A stretch of 64,000 nt of DNA from Lingula anatina. Lineage: Eukaryota > Animalia > Brachiopoda. The stretch lies in contig CM120641.1 of the NCBI GenBank assembly GCA_051362555.1, positions 34,044,401 to 34,108,400 of the forward strand, written 5' to 3'. The position numbers and the translations under genes are program-made. This document shows positions 40,374 through 53,500 of the stretch, in pieces; the first letter of the stretch is position 1; each line of letters begins with the position of its first letter. The notes under the pieces were generated by a model that searched no databases, was not told where the DNA came from, and worked only from the letters and a program-made list of their open reading frames with translations.

Positions 40374-40863
40374 CACGCTCGGCTGTCACCTTGATTGGAT
40401 AGTAAACAGTTGTCGTAAAATCGCTAAATGATATTAAAACCCGGTGCATAAAGTTGAAAACCACCTAGGACAACCTCAGACTGCCACATTAATCCAATAC
40501 AATGCAAAAATAAACTATAACAAGTGGTTAAAGCCTTCAAACCGAATGTCGTAAAGTCCCCATATACCTCCATAGAGTCAATAAAATATAGTATTTTATT
40601 TCGATTATTATGTTGGAACTGGATTTTTCTTGTTTCAGAAGCTTACTATATTTTATTGTCTCTATGGAGGTATATGGGGACTTTACGACATTCGGTTTGA
40701 AGGCTTTAACCACTTGTTATAGTTTATTTTTGCATTGTATTGGATTAATGTGGCAGTCTGAGGTTGTCCTAGGTGGTTTTCAACTTTATGCACCGGGTTT
40801 TAATATCATTTAGCGATTTTACGACAACTGTTTACTATCCAATCAAGGTGACAGCCGAGCGTG
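40374..40863. mobile_element. Foldback element: 220-bp near-perfect inverted repeat with 50-bp spacer
   Basis: Arms 40374-40593 and 40644-40863 are reverse complements with one mismatch seen. Flanks TGTATTGAAG / TATATTGAAG look like a ~10-bp TSD. Confidence 0.92.
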
Positions 40864-41486
40864 TATATTGAAGCGTCGAATTCACAGAAGCACACGATGG
40901 GAGGAAGACGAAACATTCGTTGTTTTATGCTGGTAAGGAAACTATCCTCAAGTTCGGTGGATTTGCGTAGGATCACATGAGATTTGAAGGTGGTTCCTAG
41001 AAGAAATATGCGCTTACTTGGCGTCCTTTGTTCTCCTTTGGAGTGCAACGCAATAGGCCAGGTACGTCCTTTCCGCTGCTGTGTGTGCTGTTGAGTGATA
41101 TCACATGTTCACATTTGCCCGCTCTTAGACTTCAATCGTAGATTGTCGCTTGGGGCGTTGCTGTCGTCACCATGTTGTCAGTTTGAACGCGGGGGTGTCG
41201 TATCAGAATGAAACCCAAATTTCATTTTTGTATTTTATATAAACCTAACACCTTTGAAATGCATTCAACGTTTTCATACCTGTCATCTTTTTTGTCTAAA
41301 AAGAAAAATAAAACATACATTTTATTCAAAGGAAAGAATCAATGTTATGATAATTTTTGAAGGAAAACCACACATGCCTCTCCCCTAATTATGATTGAAA
41401 GTGTCCTGGCATCCTGTTGAAACGACCTGAAGTTTACTAACCTCCCCCAGGCCATCATTGGACGACCTTGTCCGCGTACGCTGTAA

Positions 41487-42688
41487 AGCCTCGGTCACAA
41501 CCGGACGCACGAATTTCAGGATCGTACGTCCCCTGCGATTTTGGGGTGTTGCGGAGGCCGTGGAGGTCGTACAGTTAGAGGAAAGTCTGCCTTGCGAGTC
41601 GCAAGGGCCACACAGCTGTACCCTCCGGGGGTGGGGGTGGGGGGCAGGGGGGGGGCAGCTGCCCCCCTGGGATTTGAGGTGCAAAACAAAATCGCAAAGG
41701 TAAAAAAAAAATTGCAAAGTTGGTATCAATTCTTTGAGAAAATGCACTCATGGCCACTAGACAATCATTCAACAATCGTGGGAGGGGGACACCCCCTCCC
41801 ACACTCTCCCCCCTCGGGGGCTTGGCCCCCTCGTGTCCGCTTACTGCCCCCGTGGCACTTTGCTCAGGCTACGGCCCTGCCACATGAGATGTCCTTTCAG
41901 GCAGGGACGCTAATTGCAAGGAGCGATGGTCGTGGAAATTGTACTCATTTCTTGAGTTTTTCTTGCTTCCAGTGTACGTGGCACACACTCACCATTTAGA
42001 AGGGAAATGGAATGCAACGCACGGCGAAAGTAGTGCCCTAGCTTTTGTGTCAGTTTTGCTTCACACTTGCCTCACACGTTTGTGGTGACGTACTGACGGC
42101 GTACGTCAGTTTTGCTTCCTGTTCTCCTCTTCTTTCTTCTTCCTCCTCCCTTTTTTTCTAGTACTATGTAAGCTTCTTTCTCTTGCCTTTTGGAGGCATA
42201 TTAGAAACTTGATTGAGCAAAAATTTGAAATTTTTGAAAATTGTTGTACACGGTACACAGTCGACGTTCGATCATTGTAACGACATGAGCGTGCGTTGTG
42301 AGCACGCCTTTTATACACCAGGCGTGTGGATGATGCACGTGCGACGCATTCCCGGTGTTTTCTCGACTTTGTTCGTTAGTTGTGAGGGCGTGCGCCTTAC
42401 TCAACACGCAAAGGGCACCTGTTCCTCTGATTGCTTGCGGCGTGCGTCTTGCACAACGCGAGTCGCCCTTGCTAACTTCGAGCGAGGGGAGAGTTACGCT
42501 TGCGGCCTCGCTGTTCGCAGGCTATTCGTAGAATCTTTTGGACATGTCCAAACATTCTCCGTACGTGCTTAAGGACTGTCTGCGAACTCGAAATTGCGTA
42601 AGAAGGCCTTGCGTGGGACGTGAGATTCTGCGCATATTTGGACGCAAACAGCCCGTAAGAGCCCGTACAGCCGGTTGTGACCGAGGCT
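41487..42688. mobile_element. PIF/Harbinger non-autonomous element with a nested hAT-like MITE (~41615-41879)
   Basis: TAA|AGCCTCGGTCACAACCGG ... CCGGTTGTGACCGAGGCT|TAA. CpG-rich interior. The nested G/C-run element ends in GCTACGGCCCTG. Confidence 0.85.
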
Positions 42689-43032
42689 TAACACAGATCC
42701 ACGATGCACACTGATCCACAATGAACTTTGAAGAAACTTTCATTCATTGTTTAACAGACGAAGTGATAATACAAATTTTGCGATAAACATTTATGTGGAG
42801 TTGGTCAGTTTTTTTTTTTTTTTTTTTTTGGTAGCTTTAATTTTGCAAAGAGAAAGGATAACGAAAGGATAAAGAACCGGGTGTGATTTTATTTTTAGTT
42901 ACTTTTTAAATTTGTTTAAATATCGAACTACTTTCATTTGCTAGAAGAAGATGGCAGGCAGGCAGGGCTCCATAGTTCCTCTTTTCCCTGTTTTACAACT
43001 GGCGTGGTTTAAAAAAAATTGCACGCGCGCCT

Positions 43033-43063
<31 letters not shown>

Positions 43064-43327
43064 GGGAGTTACCTCCCTCGGCTCCTGCGAGGAAAAAAAA
43101 CGATAGCCTAGATTCGAGACTGTTACACACCATCATGTGATAACTAGTAGGCCTATATTGTTTACTCGGTAAGTGGCGTGATTCTCAGTTCTTCTTGTTA
43201 TTGGCGATCAATAGTAAAACGTGACGCTGACGTTAAGGCCACATAATAGTGCGTGGCTATATTTTACGATTAACAATTGGGAATTTGGCTGGCTAACATG
43301 AACTCAAATGCTGGAGCGGATGAAAAG

Positions 43328-46300
43328 ATGGCAAGTCCGGCGTCAGTCGACGTGGACGTAGTTGTTGTAGGGGCAGGGTTGTCAGGGCTTAGTGCAGCGT
43401 ATGAACTGATCAAGAGAGACCCAAGTCTTCGAGTAGCAGTGCTGGAAGCAATTGGTGAGTCTAAATTTGCGAGTGACGATGTAGGGGGCTATACAGGTGC
43501 TAAGGACTGTAAGGAGTTACCACTGTTTTCGGTCTTACAGTTACATCATGTTATGTGCTGGTACCTGCGGTACGGGTACCTACGGTAGCATGTAACATCG
43601 GAAGGCCAAAAGTTGCAGGCACAGGGGAGACCGGGGCTAGTTCGATTCCGGGGAAAGTTGCCCCCCCCCCCCCCCACCAAGGGTCCAACTAGCCCCGGTC
43701 TCCCCTATACTCATACAAGGGGGTGAACTTCCTATTCCCAAGTACATGTAGGCATGTGTAGCCTACTAGTAGGCTACAGGCGTACATGTACGTTGAGTGG
43801 ATGGCCTGTTAGGCGAGTTGCCATTTCCGTAAACTTACTATAAAAGGCTTACAAAATGTTGGGCTCATACTCCCTGTACTGGGTCATACCTTGAATCTTA
43901 CCAGTCTTATTGCCATATTTAGGCAAAGGGAGCCAAGATATAGATAACGTACGTATAACCACTCAGGTGTAATTAATTCCTCTGTGCAATGTACTTAATT
44001 CTTGGCTTTACATTGGAAAAAAGAAAAATGTATATTAAGTATCAGGATTCATTTGAAGTTACCCAATCATTTCCTTGTTCAGCCAAAATATATAGCTAGT
44101 AAAAACTGCACCTTCTTAATTTTTCTGGTCAGAATTGACATACTAGTATTTATCCATCCTTCAATTCTCAACAGAGTATAATAGAAACCAGTCAACAAAG
44201 CATTCAAAATAAGAAACTTGAAATATATGTTGGATAATCCTCGGATATTGTGTCAGTGTCAGTACACGTGCACTTCTAGCAGTTTTAGAAAAAATACTTA
44301 TTAAGCATGACAAATAACAGTATTTTTTATAAGAATATTTAAAATTAATTAAAAGTTGTCTGATATCAATATTTTTTAGAATTTAAGAGAAGATTTCATG
44401 TACAAGGAAGATGTGCTTTAAAATTGGATTAATTGTCTTACAAATCCATTTTAAATTTGATATTAATTTTTTGGCTATATATCTATATGTTAGATAGAGT
44501 TGGTGGTCGCACTTTAACAACAACATTAAAAGCAGCAGGAGGAGAAGATGTGTGGGATCTTGGTGGACAGTGGGTAGGAAGGTATGTGGTAAAATAATTT
44601 ATATTATATTAAATTATATTATATTATATTATATTATATTATATTATATTATATTTGAACTGGCATAATTCATTCAGATATGGCTGATATACTGATTGGT
44701 CAATGAATCTAAGAAATTTTTATTCCTACATTGCAATAGGCAATGATAATATGCAAAAACATGATCAACATTTGGTCAGTATAACATTTAAAAATAATTT
44801 AATAAAATTGACCAAACATATTATTGTGTTTTGATTAAAAGCAACATGACTTTTGCTTTTTGAGTGAGTGTTGTAACAAGGCGTCATTTTTTTGTCTAAA
44901 ATGACACTATAGAGCATTACTGCTACTACGCGAACCATTTAATAGTGTGATCTTGTATAAGTACTTTTTTCTAGCTCTCAGACGCACATAATGGCACTGA
45001 TACAAGAGCTGGGTCTTGAGGTGTATAGTCAGTACGACAAAGGAAAGAAGTACATGAAGCTGGGAGACAACAAAATTAGGACATTCACAAGCATTCCAGC
45101 TCTACCCTTTTGGGTATTAATAGATCTTTATTTCTTGATGAGAAAGGTAACACAAGGAGTTCTTTATATTTGAGTTTTACACAGTGGACACAGATCTACA
45201 CACACAAGCACACAGGAACAAACACACAGACATTAATTTATCATATTTTTCCTAAACACTAGGCAACTTTTAATGTTTCAAATTGTGTCAGAACATTTTA
45301 CTAGTTTGTAATTCTTTTGTCTCAAAATGTGGTTGAGCCTAAATGTACATGTGTGAAGTCACATTTGTGTTACAGTATATTTACTAGTACGCCTACTTAT
45401 AAACTTTTGTATACGGGTATTGTGTCAGAACATTTTACTAGTTTGTAATTCTTTTGTCTCAAAATGTGGTTGAGCCTAAATGTACATGTGTGAAGTCACA
45501 TTTGTGTTACAGTATATTTACTAGTACGCCTACTTATAAACTTTTGTATACGGGTATTTTAGATAGATAGTATGAGCTCTCAAGTTCCAATTGAAGACCC
45601 ATATCAGTGTCAATATGCAGAAAAATGGGACAGTATAACTGTGGAAGAATTTATGCAGCAGCAATGTTGGACAGCAGGTATGATATATTGGCTATTTTTT
45701 GCACTTTTGCTTCACTTATGTACATGTAGCACATATATAGACACAACTGAAGATGTTGGTGATAACTAAATTTTAATATTCCAGGTAGTCTGTTCTAAGA
45801 CTGAGGTCAAATTAGTGATATCTTTTATGATAAAAGACAGCTGGCAAAAACATTTTATTCTGGAAACCCTTCCATTATTCTGTTTCACCACACTACCCAT
45901 CTATACATAAATACTTGTACTAGTAGTTCAGTCTCAGTGCCACAGAACATTGATTATCTACCTTGTGAAATAATTTTTTAAGGTGCTAAAAGTACTTATT
46001 ATTTTTTTTTTGGCATTTTCAATTCCTTTGTTATTGTCCATACAACTAAAAATAGGGTTTATTTTTTTGCAGTAGCAAATGGGGATTATGGAAATAGAAG
46101 AATCGACATTAATGAATGTTATAATTATTCTTGGATATTTTGTTAATTATTCTGAAGTTACCATGGATTTTTTTTCTTTTATCAGGTGCTAAAGAAGCTG
46201 CAGATTGTTTATTTCTTATACTGGGTGGTGCTGACTGCTCTCAGATGTCTCTGTTGTTTCTTCTTGCCCAAACCAACGCTGCTGGAGGAACTGGAGCTGT

Positions 46301-49300
46301 CTTCGATTCTTCTCAAAGTGGACAGGAATTCAAAGTTAAGGTACTGAGCAATCAGGGGTTAGTGATTCTTAAACTTTCACCAGCCAAACCAGACTAAATA
46401 TACGTCCTATCTTCAAAATGCTGCTATGATTATTCAAAGCAAGTCTGAACATTTTTACTTAAAATACATAAAGCTACACATGTAGCTTGGAAATTTACTT
46501 ACCAAGAAATATTAGAAGTAAGATGTAAGAAATATAATCTTCTTTTATGGCATTTAATTTAGGGCTTAAGTGGTTCAGATTTCATGATTCATTGTATTGT
46601 CTATATTTTAAGGAGGGTGCTTCTCGTTTAATATTTTTTATTCATTTTATCATTATAAATGATTTCTTGAAAAAATCGATATAAGCAGTTTATGAAAATT
46701 TCATGTTTTTTTTTTCTCTTTTAGGGAGGAACTCAACAAATTTCCAGTTTGTTAGCTGAAAAAATTGGGAAACAAAACATTTTCCTGAATCACCCTGTTA
46801 TGACAGTTACTCAGGTAAGTAGATAATGCTGTAAAAAGAGTAATCAGCCTAAAACTTCTCTCTTATTCCTACACATTAACCACAACATTTTTACATCCAG
46901 TAAAATGTAAAGTTTTTGGTTTACAAGGAAATATTTGCCCAGCAATATTTTTAATTCGAAAGTTGTTATCTGTAAGTAAAGTCTGTGTGTACCTAAGGCT
47001 GTATTCCTAGAGCTTTTAGATCGATCCATCCCCGCGATGAGTCTCACTAGATTACTGTTAGATAATCCAGCTTAAATGTCCGTCCCGCCTACTACAAGCT
47101 GTAAGGGGGTAATTAACTTTCGTGTCTGCCCAGCTGACAGCTATTTAGCGTGAACCCCCAGGGAGTTAGGTTGATCTAAAGTAGATCGATCTAATCTCTG
47201 GAAATGGGGTCTAAGAGTAGATATGTAAGTATTTGAAACTTAACAATTTTAGAAGTTTTGTTTGCTACACCTCTTACTGAAAAGATGATGTATCTAAATA
47301 TATTTTTATTTGTCTCTTTTGAAGGATGACACACAAGTACATATAACCACAACTAAGGGGGATGTTTTCAAGTGCTCCAGAGCAATTTTTACAACAATGC
47401 CTCAACAAACAGGTGATGTATACCGGTATAAAGATTCATCTATTGGGGACATGTAGAAATGGTAGTATGGCTCTTAATATTTATCAGTTTAAATGCTTAG
47501 CATATTATGGCTAGCATGTATTTGAGATAGGTGCGTTTAGCAAATGATAGTTTCATTAAATGAGAGAAATTTGAATTATATGGACCAACTCTTGCAAAAG
47601 CGCTTGTTTTGTTTTCACTTATTTCTGTACTAAATCTCTCTCAGTTGTTTTTTTCCAAATCAAACTATTTTTGACATAACGGGTAATGTCTTTTTTTCAT
47701 ACTGTGAATTTTTTCTGACAAGAGTATTTCAAATGTAATAAATGTGTTTTGAAAGTTGCGCCATCGTGTTACTTGATAGTATATAATAACTGGTCCTTGA
47801 ATTAAATTAAATTTTCCTTTCTTTTAGTAAGTTACTTAAATGAAACCCATTTTTATTACAGCCTCTATGCAGTTCAATCCATGTTTGCCTGCTGAAAAAT
47901 TGGAACTGTTTAAGAGAATGCCAGCTGGATATATTGTGAAGTTCATAATTACTTATCAAACTGTACGTTGTTTTTTAATTAAAGATAGATTTAAAAGTGT
48001 TGCAGCTAGTGCTGTTGAGTGCCTTAAGAATACACAGAATTACAACCATCACTTTTTTCCAAGTTTAGTGTTGAAAAATTAGATTAGTAAGGTCATGCTT
48101 GTGCACAGAAATCATTAAGAAATGGAAATGGAAATTCAGACATAGAAATTAAAAATTTAATCTGCATCAGATTACAATGGAAATTGATAAATTGAAACTG
48201 CTTCAGATTACAAAGAGACAAGACACAGACATAACCATTCCATAATAATTTATCTGCTTGTTTTAACACAACACAGTGTATGTGATCTTCTTTAGCCTTT
48301 TTTCAGTCTGTATACTTCAAAATATTTGGTAAAATGCATCTATACATGTATATAAACATTCTGTAAAAGTAGGTAAAATTATTTGTTTTGTTTTTATTAG
48401 GCATTTTGGCGTGATGAAGGATTCTCTGGGGAAATAGTCAGTAGTGGCAAAACTGACCTCCTCTTGGGAGTGCTTGATGCAACTTCACCAAATGGGAACC
48501 CAGCTCTGGTTGGTTTTGTAGCAGCAAAACATGCAGTGAAGTGGAGTTCTCAAGAAGTTAGTAATAAAATTATATACTAATGTCACTGGTACTTTCAAAA
48601 CAAACTGTAAAGCAAAAGGAAAAATGGATGTATAGAATATATTTGACCTTTGGAAAATGCAGATGAAAAAAACTTTAAAGTTAAAAATACACAAATAGTA
48701 GCCGACTTCAATATATATTTCATATTTTTTTTGCATATCCAGCAGGTGACTTTGTGGCAGGCAGTGGATTGCTGCCCTTCTTTCTTCAAGTCTGTTGCAA
48801 ATCTGGCAATGGCCTCCATATTTGCAATGTCTAATAATGCCATCTGTTATTGAAACTTATGTTACCAACACATGTATGGTCGCATTCACAACAGATGATC
48901 CTCGGATCTACTGGTCTACAGGGCCTAGCAATGCATTAAACCTCGAGGCTGAAATTTAATCCATGTGGAAGCGGAGAGACCATTAAAGGATTAGGCTGTC
49001 TTACTTTCATGCACCCGTAGGGTCTGCCATATTAGACCTGCGGACCAGTAGATCTGAGGATCATCTGTTCTGAATGCGACCTATGTATCTACTTTTAAAA
49101 CACGTGAAGTTTACTATTTGTAAAGATTGTCCACATTTCTATCAGGCATCAAAGAGGAAGGCTGCAGTGCTGTCTGCCATTGCAGAGTTCTTAGGTCCCC
49201 AAGCTGAGGAATGCCTGGACTATGTAGAGAAGAACTGGGGAGAGGAGCCTTACACTTTGGGTGGACCTGGGTGTATAGGGGGCACTGGATGCATGGCCTA

Positions 49301-50524
49301 CTATGCTGCTGGACTAAGGAAACCATTTAAAAGGTTTGCAATATGTTGTTTGATTAAAAGGTGGATTTTCATGCATATATGCATTATATACAAGTTAAAG
49401 TGACCTTTTGCTATGTTAGATCTAAATTACTGATATGCATATGCACTATAGCTGACTGAGTAAACAGCTTTACTGAAAAAAATTTTTTCTTTTAAAAATT
49501 ATAACCCTTACTGAATGTAAATTCCATTTAATTGATCTTAAAGTTACATTGAGTGGGGAAACCCTGTAATGCAGATAAACCACTTCTACTAGTTTCTGAA
49601 ATGACTCAAATGAAGCTAAAATGAGAAGGGATAAACCAAATTTGATATTCAATTAGTGCTTTAAAACTGCACCTTGGTCATAAATATGACTTATCGGTAC
49701 CTATCCATCCTTTCAGACATTAAAGTCCCCTAAATGATGTTACTGTAGAAATGCTACACACGCAGCAGATCAGTTATTGAAATAAGTTGCCAAAAATGAC
49801 AGGAGTATATATATATAATTATAAGAAGCAAAAAATCTCCATTCAAATATAAATTTTGGAAAATCTGAAGCAATGCCCTCAGGCATGTCTTTAAGTTATG
49901 CTTTTTGAAACTATATGGTGGCATTTGGTCAGGTTTTGTGGCAAAAAATTGACTTCAACTGCATTTTGAGCCAGATCAACAATGGTGAACGGAGGTTGCA
50001 ATTACTTCAATGCCTTCCTATTTATTTTAAAACTATTTTTTTAAAGAATCCACTTTGGAGGGACAGAGTCAGCCACAGCTTGGTGTTCTTATTTGAGCGG
50101 TGCTGTGCAAGCAGGAATTAGAACTGCCATTGAGGTACGAATAGATATATCAACCTTTTAAGTGTATGTCAGGATTTTGTTAGCGATTTCATGTCTGCTT
50201 CATTTCTATCTTTCAAGCAACAAGAAATGTTATTTATCAGGTTTACAATTTAATTATCTTTGAAGTATCAGTTTTTAGAAGATTGGTTGTGATTAGCGAA
50301 ATGTTGAAAGTTATTTTAGTAATTCAGATTTATTAATTGATTTTTGTTTACTTATTATTGATTGGTAAATTAATATAATTTGTTCATATTTTATTGATTA
50401 ACTCAGTTTTAAAATTATCAACATTTATTAGGTTCTCCATCACCTGAGGCCCCAAACAGTAACCCAAGAAGAACTAAAACAGACTGCATACTGTCCAGAT
50501 TCTGCACAGAAGAAAAATGATTAA
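43328..50524 (+). CDS. Flavin-containing monoamine oxidase-like protein, copy 2, lacking the C-terminal TM anchor (12 exons; possible in-frame upstream ATG at 43298)
   Basis: Same exon structure and phases as copy 1. In the exons read, the frame is open (VLEAIDRVGGRT, GQEFKVK, EEPYTLGGP, IHFGGTESATAWCSYLSGAVQAG). Last exon 50432-50524 ends ...AYCPDSAQKKND*. Confidence 0.9.
43622..43707. mobile_element. Tiny pogo/Tc1-mariner-like MITE
   Basis: AGGGGAGACCGGGGCTAGTT ... AACTAGCCCCGGTCTCCCCT termini followed by TA; same termini as 60564-60814. Confidence 0.75.
44597..44655. repeat. (ATATT)n microsatellite
   Basis: About 10 pentamer units just downstream of MAO copy 2 exon 2. Confidence 0.9.
45282..45558. 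repeat. Exact 137-bp tandem duplication in MAO copy 2 intron 3
   Basis: ATTGTGTCAGAACATTTTACTAG...TTGTATACGGGT occurs at 45282 and again at 45419. Confidence 0.95.
46997..47211. mobile_element. PIF/Harbinger-like MITE (copy of 18961-19175, inverted)
   Basis: TAA|GGCTGTATTCC ... GGAAATGGGGTC|TAA; near-identical to the element in the secreted-protein intron. Confidence 0.82.
48878..49081. mobile_element. MITE with ~40-bp TIRs and 3-bp TSD (Harbinger-like)
   Basis: TAT|GGTCGCATTCACAACAGATGATCCTCGGATCTACTGGTC ... GACCAGTAGATCTGAGGATCATCTGTTCTGAATGCGACC|TAT. Confidence 0.85.
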
Positions 50525-53500
50525 ACATTGATGGTGCTTACTTGTACAGCATAAATCCAGTAATTACTCTGGTAATCTTTTGAATGGGCAAAAATTATCA
50601 AACTTTCAGATATATAATTTTATAATCATAAAAATTATATTTCTTTATTGCATTTGTTGCTTTTACTGAATAGAATAGAACTATAGACTAGCTTGCCTTT
50701 TAATTTCATTGCTAACCCTCGATATGAATCCTCTAATCGATATAAAATTCACAATTTTCCCCCATTAAAAAGACCGAGTAATTACTGTAATTTACATTTA
50801 TATAATTAGTTGCTGAGAACTTTTGATCAAAAAGGGCGAAAAGTCAGCGGAGGGAGGTGGTGGGGGATCTTGAAGACCCCTGAATCTGTAATTGACTAGT
50901 ATAGTGTACAACAGACCTGTACGTGATATTGTAGACTCATTGTTTGAAAGCCATAGATTTTCAAAGGAAATGTCTGTGAATTTATAATGACCGTGGTGAT
51001 AATATAAATAACCTGTATTGGTGTAATGGTAAACTAGTAGGTATCCCACCTCAGTTTCTCTCTGTGATACTAAGGTTCCAGTAACACTTATGGAGTTTGT
51101 TATAACGTTAATGTTGCAGTAGTAAGAAATTTATGTGATTCACAAGTAGTTAATGCTACGCGTTGCATTCTTTTTATTAGAATGAGAGGTTTCATTTGGT
51201 GAACTTTTACACATTAGTACAGATGTATTTTTTATGTATCTTTTAAAGGAGCTCATTTATGCAGTTTTGCACAATGTCAATTGAAGCTTATCATTGGTAA
51301 AGAATATTTAAGAACATAATACCTATGAAAGTTTTTTTTTTTAATTTTGCCTTTTATATATGTATATATTTGGATAAAGGATTTCAATCAGACTTTTAAA
51401 AATGTTTATTATCAAGTCCTGGTGAATAATTTTTGAAAGATCACTCAAGTAAATACGAGCATCTTTTTATTTTTTAAATAAGGATTTTTCTCAAGACCTT
51501 ATTAATTAACGGACATCAAATGTTACATTGCTTTAATATTTTGAATAAAAGCAAACAAAGCACGCCAAATAACACGTGACAAACCTCAAGGTTACTAATG
51601 TATTTTATTTGTATATAAAGCACAAACATTTGATGCAACAAGATTTGCACATTGAAGCACCACCTGTTCATTCTGTCTTAACAACTTCCATGAACTTTTG
51701 GAAATTAGTTTGGAAAATGTACTGCAAACATCAACTCGTTAAGCTCCCATTAGCTATTTCTTTCCTAATACTGCAGCAGCATGAAAAAAGTGGGTTTGCC
51801 GAAAAAAAAAATGCATGATTTTATTTATAGAATTATTATTCGGAACCCAGACCAAAGATTATTGATCCATTTTACTAAATAAATTAAAAATCAGAAGCAT
51901 GTAGCCATTATAATTTCTATGAATCAGTTTAAAAATGCTGTTTCATAATACACATTTCATCCCCTAACATTTTGTCCTTGAAGAAAACTCTTAAATGGCT
52001 TATGGTTACTACAAACCCTAGTTAAGTATTAACCAAGTATATTTTATACACACATCAATATACTACAAAGCATAGAGATATTTTCACACTTTATATGTTT
52101 AAAGAATGGATATACTTTCTCATACATTTCACTCCCAAAAAAATTACAATACAGAACATGGCCAATGAAAAATTAACATAAATGAAAGTGTTACATATAC
52201 ATCATAGTGATATGTGAATATGACAAATGGTGCCATTAAGTGCATAAAACATTACAATAGAGCCAACAATATTTACAACAGAAATCTAGACTGATATAAA
52301 AAAGTGAAACTCAACAAACTGATGTGGTTTGAAGGAAACCAATTAAAAAAATGAGACCAACTTTCACATGGACAGGCAGTAAAAAATAATGCATCTAATT
52401 ATTTTGGGTATGTACCTTAATGTTTACCCTCTGCTGCATAGGCAGATTTTGTGGTCCATTTAAATTGTATCACTCTGTCTGCTGAGATTGTGTGGCACAT
52501 ATACCCATTTAACCTTCAAAAATGCACTGTAAAACATATTCACCTTGTTATTGTAGTTGACAAACCAGATCTTACAAGCTAGTGAGGTGTCCTGAACAAA
52601 CACTCACTTCGGAGAAGACTCCTTCACACACATAGTCACTGTCTTCGTTTAAAAAACCTCAATCCAGGTTCAGTTGCCTTGCAAGTGAAGTGGATAAATA
52701 AATTAATTACAATTCAGCTTTTTAAAGTTACATCACTGCAACTTAACAAAATAAAAAGACAAAATGATAAAAATTAAGGAAACAACTCATTTTAAGTGTC
52801 CACTGTAATATCACTGGTATTTATGTATTAAAAACTAGCAGGTAACAATAAGATGGTACTGACTAAATTTATGAGATGCTCTGTTAATTCAAACAGAGCT
52901 TTTTCTACAACACTAAACATTTCACACACACTGTGGGGACCAAAACAATATAAAAACATGATACAGGATCTCCCCTATACATGAAATGGTTTAGTTTGAA
53001 TGACAACATCAACACTCGACACACTCATATTTAGTGCTTACATTGTTACTACATCAATATCCATTCTACTACATGAACATAACTGAAAAGTTGCTTAATG
53101 GCAATTGCTTAATTGACATTTGAACAAGTAGCAGACCAGTCAAAGTTTTAAATATCTATCTGAATGCAGCATTTCACTCTGTGCAGAAAGGGTAATGTTT
53201 GTACATGTGCTGTACATACAGCATTTAAACACTGTATTCAGACTAAGATGTGGAGAATCTGCATCTATATGGTTTGGTTCATATATAAAACATCTATGCA
53301 GTGCTTGAAAAGATATAGGCTCGCCCTTCAAGAAATGGACAGCAAATGGCTCATTTTCATATTTGAATGGGTATTGAAGAAAAAGCTCTCAAATATTATG
53401 CGATATTATATAAAGCATAAGTGTTGTAAATTTCAGTCCATTGGCAAACGGTTGCATAGAAATTGAGATAGAAAGCTTTAAATGTGTAGCAAGCCATAAC

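Noticed and set aside
41385-42743. Cluster of 70-150-aa ORFs as a gene
   Set aside because: They overlap on both strands within GC-rich transposon sequence and have no recognisable domain.
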